Below, piece by piece: positions 25,265-25,544 of a stretch of 25,544 bases of DNA. Origin of the DNA: a virus (Duplodnaviria; Caudoviricetes); the IMG/VR virus record IMGVR_UViG_3300022923_000092, positions 1 through 25,544 of that record; one strand, given 5' to 3'. The stretch's first letter is position 1; each line of letters starts with the position of its first letter. The notes under the pieces were generated by a model. That model was not told the DNA's origin and did not search any database. It saw only the letters and a list, made by a program, of their open reading frames with translations. The position numbers and the translations under genes are program-made.

Positions 25265-25543
25265 TTATTTAATTTTATCAGAATGACGCACTAAAGTATC
25301 CAGCGTTTTTCTTCGACTATATCCCTTAAAACTCATGCGTCTGCATATGGTATCACGATCTACACCTTTATTGGCCAGATCAATAATCTCTTTTGTCTCT
25401 GGCTTAGCGTCTCTGCCGCCCATATTATAATCAAGAGCCATGTTTTGCTTTAGAGATTGGGTTTGACCATCACGCGATTGCGTTCTCTTTCTGATTGCCT
25501 TGGCATCTTCGAGCATTGCTTCACGCATTTGATCTTCAGTCAT
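25265..25543 (-). CDS. Hypothetical protein, last gene of a convergent module (start may lie beyond the window)
   Basis: 92-aa ORF that overlaps no plus-strand gene; ATG at the window edge; helical C-terminus, possibly DNA-binding. Confidence 0.6.
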   Translation of the reverse strand: MTEDQMREAMLEDAKAIRKRTQSRDGQTQSLKQNMALDYNMGGRDAKPETKEIIDLANKGVDRDTICRRMSFKGYSRRKTLDTLVRHSDKIK

Positions 25544-25544
25544 C

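Noticed and set aside
1-25544. CRISPR array, tRNA, rRNA, integrase/transposase, intron/intein or stop-codon reassignment
   Set aside because: No spaced repeats, cloverleaf or such motifs were seen by eye. Core genes are uninterrupted and of normal length under the standard bacterial code.

Overview
This window is the complete late (virion morphogenesis and lysis) region of a tailed podovirus-type phage. Gene order resembles T7/BPP-1/HTVC010P-type phages; a marine alphaproteobacterial host is plausible but only an inference. Plus-strand order: small terminase (5' truncated), large terminase, GNAT-fold protein, a cluster of small basic proteins, portal, Bbp19-like protein, scaffold, structured leader plus major capsid, small capsid-associated protein, hairpin, tail tubular A and B, four internal-virion (ejection) proteins, a mosaic tail fibre, fibre-associated proteins, small membrane/holin genes and an M15 peptidase endolysin. 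One convergent minus-strand gene closes the window. The most unusual element is the third internal-virion gene (13494..16784). It fuses a ParB/Srx-like domain (DGHQR) and a zeta-toxin-like P-loop kinase (GPPAAGKST...DSDEIK). Each domain is followed by a small +1-frame ORF nested inside the gene (15304..15603 and 16402..16605). Both nested ORFs have their own Shine-Dalgarno sequence and a local codon-usage shift. This suggests an injected multi-effector protein carrying overprinted antidote or regulator genes, which is a hypothesis. Other notable items: a capsid 5' leader with the same C/NUAA internal loop twice in opposite orientations, a candidate pseudoknot after the tail fibre, and inserted modules in tail tubular B. 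All family assignments come from motif recognition and synteny; no database searches were run.
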